A DNA stretch of 63,085 nucleotides, taken from positions 860,163-923,247 of the forward strand of contig NW_018408321.1 in assembly GCF_002113885.1 (NCBI RefSeq), written 5' to 3'. Below are positions 14,380 through 26,300 of this stretch, in pieces. Origin of the DNA: Mizuhopecten yessoensis. Its lineage: Eukaryota. The notes under the pieces are model-generated. The model worked only from the letters and a program-made list of their open reading frames with translations, did not search any database and was not told where the DNA came from. Numbering within the stretch: position 1 is the stretch's first letter; each line of letters opens with the position of its first letter. Position numbers and translations under genes: made by a program.

Positions 14380-16170
14380 GTTAAGTACGGCTGCATTTAT
14401 TTCATGGCATAGGAAGTCGTTTCGGTAATATATTAGATTTCTCTAAGGAAATCTGAAAGAGGAGAATAAATATAAGCATATACTCCAACGTCTTTTTCCT
14501 TGACTTGTATGAGACCGAGGGTGCTAGCAAATGAAGATGGGATTCCTTTCTGTACAGCACGAAATGAAGGTAACTAAACTAAGTGTTGAAACATCTCCTG
14601 CTTTTTGTTAAGAACGAGTACTTCATGTCTGGTAAGCGATAGAATGAGGAGAGTTGTATATCCCAAGCTATCGGACATGAGAGTAGTTGTAAATTGCGGT
14701 CGGTGTTCCTTCCTATCTAGTACTGAGGGTAATTGACAGTTCCAGGCCTCATTCATTTGGACAATAAAGAGTATTGTAACTACATGTAGTGACAATCTCT
14801 ATGTCTTTACCAGAAAGAGAACAGCAGTGTTTTGCTCCTGACCAATTCGCTAAAATATCCTCCTCTGAAGACGTTCTGGAGCGCTCATTAAGTTCATCAT
14901 TCAAATGCTTTCTTACAGTTTATGATCACATTTCATTGACACCTTATTCCATAAGTGTGAGATCTTTCCACTCCAAATACAACGCTAATTTCATTTTCTA
15001 TCTCAGCATAACTTTATTCTGTTTGCGTCAGAGACCTCGAAGAATATCAGAAAAGGAGTCCTCTCATGGCGTTCTTCGTCACTTAGTCCCCCTCATGCTG
15101 CAATACTGGTTCCTTCGACAGGTTAAAAGTATTTCAACACTGGATAACACTTAGTACACTTTTGTTCCTCAAACGTTAACTCCAAAACTTTGAAATTCTG
15201 CATCTACATCGTCAGACAAAAGAATCAGCTTCGCACGTTGATGTAAACTTGTTTTTTTGTGGTTCGCGTCATTGTTGGTCTACGTATTGTTCATTTTGGC
15301 AAAGAGATGTTCAGCATAGAAGACGTTTGTGAATCCCTTCTTTGGCTTCAGTTTTTTTCTTGTTCTTTTAATGTTCTGTTCCTGGTATCTCTGTATAAAT
15401 AGTAGAAGCAGTCACTCTTCATATGACGGTAGGATACCAAATCTTCGTAATTGTTATCTGTATAAAATCCATACTTTAGCAAATGTCAATAAACTATCGT
15501 TTTCAGGGAGATCAATAAACAAGCAGACCTTGATCAGTTCTGGAAAAACATCGTTCAAAAACAGATATTATTCAGAGGCTTTGCCAGAAGACTTGCCGTC
15601 CACGGGCGTTTTGTATCGACTGTCAGTGACGTCCAGTCAGTTGGTTCCTAGACGAGTGCGAGCATGCTCTTATCAATGAGGTATTCTAAGTACGTCGTAG
15701 AATGTTACAACAATCGGTAGATTCCTTTAAAGTAGTTCCACTGGGCCTATCAAGTCAACTACTTCTAAATATGGCTTCTCTTTCAGCAATTGTTTTTATG
15801 TTGAAGCATACCTCGCCTCTACTTGTCACCGAACAAACCACATACCTACATACCGAGGGAGAGTTTTGTCCCTGAGGACAAGACACTACACCCAGTAGGT
15901 TTTTATCATGGAAAGGAATATCACTTATGTGATACTGGCTGAGCCGGCGCCCAGTAAATAAAGGACTCACTTACCGGATTATATAGATAAAGGATTCATT
16001 ACTGGAGAGCTGAGTACTCCAAGGATTGCCCCCAAGGACATTAAAAGAACTAAATCCATCAAACGCTCATATAGTAGATATTTTTTATAAAATCTTGGTA
16101 CTTTTTTGCAAATGGAAAAACCTTGTAAAATTAACCTGATCAATTTATTTGACGATTCAAACACGTGAGG
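14380..16170 (-). mobile_element. Highly decayed DIRS-like (tyrosine recombinase) retrotransposon remnant
   Basis: Broken minus-strand frames: GAILGVLSSPVMNPLSI..SGK (DIRS RT N-terminal VVNPLSV..SGKxRL), QYHISDIPFHDKNLLG (AYHHIDI..HxxYLG), PIVVTFYD (IVVYLDD-like), and SFRAVQKGIPSSF..TLG (YR box II-like) downstream. Confidence 0.5.
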
Positions 16171-16229
16171 TTTTTTTCCGAATTTCCAAACGCGAAAATA
16201 ATAATCGTAAAATCTGTATTTTGTTAATT

Positions 16230-16990
16230 ATCTAACTTTAAGCTATCTTTGAATAACGATAAAATTAGTATCCGTGTTGACCGTATTTTCCTCACGAACT
16301 TGAAATCAAGGATGCTACATACTCTACTTTAGCTGCTTTCTCGGACCTTTACTTACAGTATGACCAAAAGGGACGGCTTTGAAATAAGCGTGACGATTTT
16401 GACTTTCCGATAGCGAAGTTTCTTTTTCTTGAAAGTCACACGCCTGCTTCTCCACCTGGGATGTTCACTTATGATTCGGTTTTCAAGGTCCCGCTCTGAA
16501 TATTGCAATTTTCTTGTCGACGGCTGACGGACAAACTAACAACACAAAGTTTGGAGAGAGGCAGGTTGATGAAGACTAAGCTATGTGATCGCCATCCTGA
16601 TCTCGTTATTAAATATTCTACATCCTTGTGCGATATGAAGGTCAATTTTTATGCTTATAAGTTTACCTGATGATTTCGTTATTAAATATTCTACATCCTT
16701 GTGCGATATGAAGGTCAATTTTTATGCTTAAAAGTGTACCTGATGATTTCGTTGTCACTTACCCCGTTCTTATTTCGAGGAATTGACATTACTTGGATCT
16801 GACCTAGATTTAAATTGGGGGTGTCTCCGACGAATCTGAGGAAGCTTGACCTTAGGGAATACCTGGTCGTATTCTCTCGTACTATTTGAAGGGTCTCCTG
16901 GTTAGTATTTCCTTTGTTCTTATTTCACCTTATTTTCATTTCTTTTGAGTTCAAATTGCGATTTGTTCACACTTCGATATTCTCTCGTTG
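16230..16990 (+). mobile_element. Decayed Penelope-like retroelement 3' fragment, with a roughly 74-bp internal duplication at 16603-16753
   Basis: Translation LSLNND..VDRIF PHELEIKDAT..AAFSDLYLQYDQKGRL*NKRDDFDFPIAKFLFLESHTPASP..DRHPDLVIKYSTSLCDM. Same family as 6420-7090. Confidence 0.78.
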
Positions 16991-19021
16991 TCAAATAAAT
17001 ACAGTTATAGCGCCTGTGTTGTTTGTTACAACAGTTATTCTGATATTGTGTATATAGGAACGATAGAGTGACACGGGTAAGAACCTTTACTCCTATGCTC
17101 TCCTACCGTCAGAAACAACAAATGGAAAATTTTAACGAAAATAAAGAGGATTTTGACCTATAGGGATTACGAATAGGGAATTATGATTAAGCCAGTTCAG
17201 AAGGTAACCTGACTCCCCGACCTGGTCATCACAATACGTCACTAAGCAGTAATGGAACACCTGACCACGCCCCGGTCTGCTCGAGTCGTCCTGACCACGC
17301 TCATTACTCCCAGTAGAGTGACCCCAGCCATTACGTACAGATACAATCCCGGATACAATGTATGAGGCGCTCGGATTGGGCGAATCCCCACACCGGTGTA
17401 CGAATTACTCTCAAGTACAGTGTTAAATATCTTTGATTGTATCCTCACTGCTGTTTTTCTGTAATTGAAGCTCGTGAAAAGGGAGTTTTATTCAAATTTT
17501 AAGAGATAATCAGGCGAGTAACCGTTTCAAATGACAGTGTTTAGGAGCGCCTACTGTCATATAGACAAGTATGTCACGTCGGATACATCAGGAATGTGGG
17601 TCCGTGTGCTAAGAAATGTATTACAATAAGTATAAATCATAAGATTTCTGCAATGCTCTTATTCAAATAACGCCGGTTTTGGGTTTACAATTTATGTCTC
17701 AAGGGTCACTTAACCGCCAAGTAAAACATATATGTATACTTTCACTATATGAAATATGTTCGAACACGACAAAATCTTCTCTTTCATCTATGCTCTATCA
17801 TAAAATTCTGTGGCCCAAATCTTTCAATTTCTGTTAACCAGGTATGCATTTATTTTCCATGTCATACTTAAATACTTACGACACCGTACATTCGAATGTA
17901 AACCCTCATACAGTTAGAAATAAGAGCGGAACTCGGGGACGCAGGGTTGAAACTTTAGTACTACTACTGCCGCTTGTGTCAGTTGTCATCTAACTTTCAA
18001 AGTGCAAAAAGAAACAAATCTATCTTCTTTTGTAATGCGCTCTGTGTCAGAATGATCAATATCAGTCATCCGGTCCACTTTATCTCGGACAGGTACAAGT
18101 ACTTTGCTCACTTACTCTTCACTTTGACATCCAACCTGTACGGACAATACAAATAGGGACGTCTTTATGTGTCGTGCATTCCTAGACTTTAGAATTCCGA
18201 GTCATTAAGCCTCTCAAGATCTGTGTAAAAGACTGCTGCTGTCGGTGCTCCTTCGTTTCAACACTATTTCATTTCTGAATTCTACACACCATGATTTGCA
18301 TGTACTTAACATTTTCAGTTGATCCCTTTTGATCTCCAATGAGAGTACGTGTGTAGGTCTTAGACTGGCACGGTCGGTACTTTGGTGGACCTACTGACGA
18401 AATAGTGTGGGAAAAGCAGTGCTGACACTGAAGGCTTCATGATGGTTACAGAAAACATGTCGGCAATATTTGTAGGCAAACTTGGTTTGAACGGATATTA
18501 ACTTTTATTTTGAGAAAAAAGGGGGAGTGGGAGTCCTCACTCTTCGTATGGTTGGAGGGAGGGGGCTTCTCACGGAAAATTATATAAATTCTAGCAATTT
18601 TTCATTATCTATTTAGTAAATGGCAGTGGTGCTGAAGTGCGCTGTTTTCCTTTTTACGATTTTATAAATTCTGTTGGGATTACAGGATTTGATTGAAGTA
18701 TCATATTTTATAAAGATCAATAGTTGACCTACCGTTACGCTAGTTAATAGTTTTGGCTAATATCCCGTCATAGTCTACTGTTCATGGAAATACATTTTAT
18801 CAATGAAGCTCAGTTTCTGCAAGCGAGTTCTATCCTTTCAATTGACTTTCCATGCGCCATACTTGGCAATACCTCGCTTGATCTTGGTATTGAGCGTTCG
18901 CCCTATCGAGGGATGCTATGAGTCCTGTCTCCTGAATGTCATAAAGCTAAGCCCTTGCTTTTATGGTTAGGCTATTTTCATGTTTATGTCAGTGTTTCTC
19001 AATGTAATTTAACTTTTGTTT

Positions 19022-19163
19022 TAATTAGGAAACTGGATTATCTGGGGGGAACCCACGTGGTCAGGCAGGTGATCCCCATACCTTTTCACGTCCGATTGGG
19101 GAATCGAACCCCGACCGGCTTGGTGAAAGGCGAGTGCGTTATACACTGCGCCACCCGACCACC
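19022..19163 (-). mobile_element. tRNA(Glu)-derived SINE with V/Meta-like core
   Basis: Minus strand GGTGGTCGGGTGGCGCAGTGTATAACGCACTCGCCTTTCACCAAGCCGGTCGGGGTTCGATTCCCC (A box, TTC loop, B box), followed by CACGTGGGTTCCCCCCAGATAATCCAGTTTCCT. Confidence 0.8.
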
Positions 19164-19964
19164 AGCCAATTTGTAACCATACTATAAGTGAATTATGTTT
19201 GGATTATGAAAAAATACAGATAATTTATAGCCCGAAATTTCTCAGAAGAGATGGGAGGGCCAACTCCTATTATCACGCCTACTGCTGCGCCAATGGCTGG
19301 TGAGTATGATAACATGGATCTTGAAGAATACTCTTGACCGAGCTAAGAAGAAAAACTTTTAAAAATATCTGATATATATCCTGGATAATTTTGATATTTT
19401 TTAAACGTTTTACATATACTTTCATCAAAATATTGCAATTTATTTACATTTGTTTCGTATCTAACTTGATCACAACAGTCACACCCTACCATACGACACG
19501 ATAACGACAGCATCCATTAAAGATTTTTGAGATATACCATTTAATGTGTTGCTGTACAAGTTTGATAAACAGACGAACAGGATATAGCTTGTGTCAGAGA
19601 TATTTCTTTTGGGGAAATTATGTGTGCAAGAAAACAACATTTAAAGTGCCGGTTCGGTTTTTTATTGAATGCTATGTTTTCCAAGATAGCGATGCAATTT
19701 TCTTTACATTGTGTGATACAGATGTGGAGATAACTGATGTCGACACATTTTAACTATGGCTAAGGGGAATATCGAGGAACACAAGACATTATGTAGTTCT
19801 TAAAAGAATTTGCCTGCTGTATCGTGTTAGGGGGTTAATGTGAGCCCTCATCGGAATTAGAACGTTTCATCCTTTTCCTCTAGTTGTAGACTACGGAGAG
19901 ACAACACTTGATCTGTTACGGAGAGACAACACTTGATCTGTTACCTCTAAAGTTAAGATTCTTC

Positions 19965-20400
19965 TTTTTTATATCCCCGCTTCAACGAAGTTTTGGGGTA
20001 TATAGTATTCGCTTCGTCTGTACGTACGTCCGTGGTTTCCGGAGCATATCTCAACCAGTTTCACATTTGGGCATCGACCTTTACATTTTGGTACGTCATG
20101 GGAAGGTGGTGGGTTGGATCTAAAGCGAGGTCACTGTTACCCCAATTTGACCTTTGATTTTGACTTCAGTTTCTAAAATAATGTTTTCAGGAGCATATCT
20201 CAGTCGTTTTTGCAGGAATTGGCATCAAAGTTTGTAAAAATGTGCATCGTGTGAAGGTCGTATGTCATATACTAAAATAAGGTCACTGCGACCCTAATTT
20301 GACCTTGACCTCATTACTTACTCATTACAGTATAATACAGGTTTCCGGGAGCATATCTCAGTCAATGTTAAATGAACTGTGTAGATATACGGGGAGCGGT
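19965..20400 (-). mobile_element. HINE-type element, reverse orientation
   Basis: TTTTTATATCCCCGCTTCAACGAAGTTTTGGGGTATA hairpin end, CGTC/CGTA microsatellite, repeated CCGGAGCATATCTCA..GGTCACTG..TTTGACCTT cores. Confidence 0.55.
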
Positions 20401-20883
20401 AAACTTCTGTACACTTACGAAGCACCCGTCATCTGCGAACAGCGAAACCTCAATATAATGTCTTTCAATTCATTTGCGGGTTAGGCATGTTTCGTATAAT
20501 GATCCAGGTGTCCTTGATTTCAAGTTCATGATGATATATACAATCGAAGTGGTCAAAAATTTAAATTTCTTGTCTAAAGACAATTCATTGCCGAAATATA
20601 TTTAAGTGACACTGAAAGACTCTGCAAGAGCATTTTTTCCCCATAGCAACTGATTTCGGTTGGCATTCAGTGCTAATATTTCCATTTGGCATTCATATTG
20701 GCTATGCATGTCATTTGAAAACAGTTCAATGAAAATATTAACCATTTTTGGAGTATTTAGATAAATTAAGAAAAGCTGAAAATTGAACATTAAAGTGCGT
20801 AATTTAGTTCAAGTTATTGTATGCATCGTGTATGCTTGTTCAAAGAATTGAACAGCAGGGGCAGTGGTATCAAAATGTTACCG

Positions 20884-21420
20884 TTATGACGTCAATAATC
20901 GGTCAATGGCATCCATAGCTGATATGAATGCCTTCTGAATATGACATGGTGATATTGTGGCATTGCTATGTAATAGTAGATTAGTGTATGCCAACAGTCT
21001 GCTGTAAAATATTGCACCAAACTCAAAGATATTGCCATCCAGAAATGATATCATCCTATTTTCCACAAAATAAGCTACAAAATAGTTGCCAACCACATGC
21101 TTGTACCGCCCGTCCGCCTTTTTGGAGATAAGAAATAAAAGATATACGGAAATAGCGTAAAGGATGCTCCAGAATGTGCATTCTATCAAATCCATTTCTG
21201 GTGTATAGTGTCGTAATACAACTTTAACTGTAGTATGATGGCAATAAGTACGGTTCGGGTGGTTTGAAGTTTGGCCCCGGATATAATGGCTTGGATGTGC
21301 AAATATCAGTGCCAGCGATAACAGCTTAGTCTTGTGGAGTTTCGGAACCCAGTACAAAGCAGACAGTTCCACATCCTTATCATTAATCGTATTCTGAAAG
21401 GTTGTAATACAGAAGTATGA
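20884..21420 (-). mobile_element. Decayed Penelope-like RT fragment
   Basis: LYWVPKLHK (PLE RT LYWIPKLHK) and MISFLDGNIFEFG (MLEFLIDNIFVEFG), with internal deletions. Confidence 0.7.
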
Positions 21421-22259
21421 TTAGCTGGTATTAGTAGGGTTCGTAACTTTTGTCGACGGATGTGATTATAACAAGTCTAAGGGAAGTAACCGCAACTAGT
21501 AACCCTAACTTGCCCGTTCGAGTGAACAAGTGTCTTCCAAGATTAATCTCGCTTGAAAACATCCCAATTAACCTAACTTACATTGTCTGAATAACCTTTA
21601 CCAAGAACGTATCGTCTTGGTTTCTTCTTCATCAGAATCAATTTCAATTTAATTCTTTCGTCCGATGCTGTTTTTTTGGCAAATATTGTGTTTTGATCTT
21701 CCTTTTTAGACATTTATTCTCTTCAGTTTCTAAGAAAGAAAAGGCCTGCTATATTCCACATCATACTTGGTAAGACGCAATTAAATGTTGAGCCTCTGCA
21801 GAATCTGTTTTTCTGTAGAGACCAACATTTATCTGATATTCTCGTTTGCAACACCTTGGATCCCTATTTATCTTTACTCTCCCAGCTACTCTTCAACCCG
21901 GATCAGACCAGAGAGTATAGAATCAAATATGTCTCGATAAAACAAAGCATAGGATTTCCTAGGACTGATGCAACACAATAGTTATGATACTGCACTTAAC
22001 ATCGGGTATAATCCCAGACGTTTTCCTTGGGGTTAAAATTTAAATCTCCTATATGAATCAATACTTCAAAATGCTTTCCAGACGTTAACATTATTAAAGG
22101 TCAAAGATGAAAATATTTCCTGGACCAAAAGTCGTGCATCTTTTTTGTCTACACTTTTACAAAATCATCAGAAACTAACCCTTGTAATAACCAGAGTCTC
22201 AAGTCAATTACAAGCAAGCATACCTACCAATAATCTGACAGACTTAACAGTCACACTAC

Positions 22260-23068
22260 CCAAGACCATCTTTTGTATATCCAGTCACCAGATATAGTTC
22301 CAAGACCATCTTTTGTATATCCAGTCACCAGATATAGTTGCATGCCCATATTTTCTATATCCAGTCACCAGATACAGTTTCCAAGACTCATCTTTTTTAT
22401 ATCAAGTCCTTATATTCTTAAGTTCAATCAAACTCAAAACTTTATTAAAGCCTTCTTCTCACAAAGCATTTGCCTGGGATTTCTTCAACGGTTTGTCCAA
22501 CTTGAAGCTGTATCAACTTCGGACAAATGTCAGGAATTAGTGTTTTTTGACGGACAATCAGATTGAAGCAGAAATCTTCATGTGTTAGGTGTTGCTTTAA
22601 AATATTTTACTGAATCAATCAAATAAAAAAAGTGTGTAAAATTTAACTTTGATTTAATTTTAAAAGTATGCTGCCTATAAACCACACATAAAGGACAACG
22701 TTACTCATCTTAAACTTTAATGATTATCACAGATTAACACCCAGGTTAACATACATGGGTTATTTGTAGTTAAGATGTACATTTATACATTGGAGTATTC
22801 CTTTAAAATACCTCTAACAACAATACAAATTAATGTAATGTCTTCAATATTGATTTGTAAAATATATAGGTCAACATGTCTCCTACATCCAACATTTCAG
22901 AATAGACACGTGGTGCTGCTACACTTAGTATACATAGTACCAGGTAGTAAAATACAGAATAGACACGTGGTGCTGCTACACTTAGTACACTTAGTACCAG
23001 GTAGTAAAATACAGAATAGACCCGCGGTGCTGCTACACTTAGTACACTTAGTACCAGGTAGTAAAATA
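22260..23068. repeat. 40-bp x3 (22260-22400) and 57-bp x3 (22898-23068) tandem repeats downstream of the CLHC1 stop
   Basis: Direct copies visible: CCAAGACCATCTTTTGTATATCCAGTCACCAGATATAGTT and CAGAATAGACACGTGGTGCTGCTACACTTAG... Confidence 0.88.
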
Positions 23069-23357
23069 CTTAAGGATCACTGACTTAAGTCAATATTCTG
23101 AAAGCACTGCAGGTCTAGGTGTCTTGGAAACTCTCTTCTTTGGTACATCTCCCCTTCTTTATTGTAGTGTAATTTTAACAGTTTTAAACTTGTGGGATCA
23201 TATCGCTGATATCGCTGATATGATGTCAGACTGATATGTAAGACCTGTGTCAAAACTATGATAACTTCCAGACAACACTTTAACCGTTTTGATGAACAGT
23301 TGGAATCTTTGACAAAAACTTGGTGGGAACAGCAGGCACTTTCCCATTTTTAGCGTC

Positions 23358-26300
23358 TTATGACTGCGTTGGGTCAGTTATAGCTGTATCCCCTTCAGTG
23401 AGGTCCTTCTGAGACAGTTCCTTCTGAGGCAGGGCTGCTTCAGGTTGTATTTCCTTGGACGAGGACTCTTGTTTAGATGGTTCCACCTCTGGTTGGGAGA
23501 TCACCAGTGAAGGGGTGCCTTGAGGAAGTGGTACCCCCTGGGTAGGATCAGTCTGAGGCGAGTCTGTTTGGGGTGATTGTGGTGTATTGACTCCAAGTCG
23601 GGTATATAAAGCGCTCCTCATAGCATTGAGAACAGTTATTGAGGCAAGGAGACACATGGCAGTATCCTCGTATCCCTGGTCCTGGAACAACTCCACCAGG
23701 CTGTCCCACTGGACTGAGGTTGTGTACGAGTCATCCAAGACAGCTGCCTGGAACTGGTTTATTTGAGGGTCATCTGGAAAAGTAATGGTAACATGTAACA
23801 GTTACAGGTAGTAACTACAGGTATTAGTACAGGTAAAAACAAGGACCAACAAAGAAACCCAACAGTTATGGGTTAAATTTTAGGTTTTAATGAAATTTAC
23901 TAGTAATATCGACTCATTAATGCTATATAACAAATACTGTATTGTGCCTACAGCAGACTTACCAACCGATGGTTGTTTCTGTTGGTCCTGTATGAATGGA
24001 AGAACCAGGTTGTACTGGTTCTTCTCTAGAACTACCAGTAAGACTACACCAATGGGCAAGGCCCGGCTCCCTTCACCATCCTCCTCCACGAGAGCATGCA
24101 TCAGCTGGACAGAGGGACAGGTCCTCAGGACAGACATGAACTGGTCCCGCGTGAACGGCATCTTGTGTTTGGCGTAGTCCATACCAGCATGGATGCGCCC
24201 CTGCTTCAGCAGACACACTACGGTCTGGCGGTGAAGCTGCAACTTGCTGAACACGTTTTGAGCCAGAGCTTGACTACCGCACCGACATGGCACGTTACAC
24301 TTACAGTGGGCACTGATTCTGTCTCCCAGATCCTGCGACAGGGTCAGTCTGTAACACAAACAAAAAACATTTTAATTGATTGAAAATTCAAAACGAAACA
24401 TTTTCAAATTAACACTATAAAAGGGATGGTTGTATAATAATAATTTGATTATATGTTGTTGTGAGAACTTTATCAAATTAGAGAGAAATCCTGCCCATAG
24501 ATAACTCAAAGAAGAGTGGGAGACAACAATACAACTATGTACATCTATGTAGTTCACAAAACTATTTAAAACCATCCAAAGTTTTGAAGTAATTGACCAA
24601 CTACTGACCTTTCCTGTGAGATCCAGTGAGACAAGAGGTCAAGTCTGTTTTCGTACAGTGCACACTCGACACATTCTAGTGACAGGGTATCGTTAGGTTT
24701 CATACCGATGGCTCCCACTGATGACATCACTGCCTCGCTGAAGGCAAGGAGAGGTGACCGACCGTTCACCTGGACCTTCACATCTGCAAACATTGGCGTA
24801 AACAAGACTCGTTTACTTCTATCACTTGTTTGTAAATTATGTCATATAATTATAATGTGTATAACAAAACTTGTCCTATTGACCACTGAGTATTCCAACA
24901 TCCTGTCACATGTCATATCTCTGTTATCCCATTTCTTTTAAAACAACCAAATAAAACACACCTGTCTAATGCAAACAGTGTGTTGGATTCCACAAGGTTT
25001 GGATTCCAAAAGGTATCAGATTAGACAACAGGTTTCACTGTGCATCCTTACTGTCTCTTTGATGAGGATGATATATATATGTAATTATATATACACCTAA
25101 TAAAAACAAAAAATCTCAACAACATGTCATTAGCACTTTCATCTCATCAAGGAGATTCTTCAGATTATTTATTTAAAGAAGAAATCATGACGTCATACCC
25201 TATGACCTTAGCCCTTACCTCTAAACTTTGCGAGTGTGGCAGACGTCCTTAGTATTCCCTTGGGACTGTTGGCGGCGTGAATGGCTGCCTCCTCATACTT
25301 CCCATCCTCAAACAGCTCATTAAATTTCTCTATATATTCCAGCATCATCTCTGCCTCTTTCTCCCTATTAGGATCGTCGTCATCAAATGATGACTTGGAC
25401 GCTGCGGCTGCTGACCCCTCCCGAGCCTCCCCCTGGTTCTGGTCGGGAGCCAGTTCTGTAAATGGTCACATTAAGTTAGCATAGGTTATATATAAACACC
25501 CTTCTTAAGACTCTGTAATTCACTGATAATAAAACATGTCAAAAATAATATCTGAATAATTTCCATGACACGGCTAGGAATCAGAAGTTTTCACATAAGC
25601 AATCATGAGATGAGGCAAATAAAGAGTAAAAATAAATTTACTCCATGTACATCTTACAAGTATCAAATGGCCTCATTTATGATTTGTCTGAGAGATAGAA
25701 ACACAAAGTAACATCTTAATCTAATTTGAATAAGGACTCCAGTTTTGCTACATGTAATAATGCCGTGTTTGTTTGAATAAAGCTGATAATTTAAGTAAAA
25801 GCATGTACCATTGAGTGTGCCTCTTAAACTGATGTTAAATAATAATTAGTTTCTGTTTTTTCATCTGAACTTATTTTAACATAAAATGACATTAAAACCA
25901 ACAAACATGTTAAATTCTTCAAATGAAACTTGATTCAAGAATTAAGAAACAAATTAAAATCATATGTAATTAACATAAACATCAGTAGCCTATACAATGT
26001 AACTTCCTAACTATTTTTAACCTAACCAATACAGTGTACTTCCTAACTAATATTTCATAGCATGTGTTTCTATTGCAAAGCAAGTACATCTCGTTAATTT
26101 GCCGTAGCTGGCCGTATTCTCCGCTAGTTATCACTACAGCTACTGTATCTGGAAGCTTTAACAGTCCACGCTATACTGGTCTCCTCAAGCTCTATAGAGA
26201 CAGATATTTCCCTTGTATGGTCATGTTCCATCTGTCAATCTAAATCTCCCAATTATTACAGATGCTAGTAAATCTCATAGCAATCAGTAAAACCACAGAA

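Noticed and set aside
17208-17460. GC-richer exon-like segment with a hydrophobic 68-aa ORF
   Set aside because: No frame is open across the putative splice sites and there is no recognisable homology.
19090-19163. tRNA-Glu gene
   Set aside because: The acceptor and anticodon stems do not pair properly and the sequence runs into a SINE core; there is no Pol III terminator.
23890-25484. Plus-strand ORFs overlapping CLHC1 exons (and similar antisense ORFs over PSMC4 and the TIR exons)
   Set aside because: Shadow ORFs on the antisense strand of genuine coding exons.
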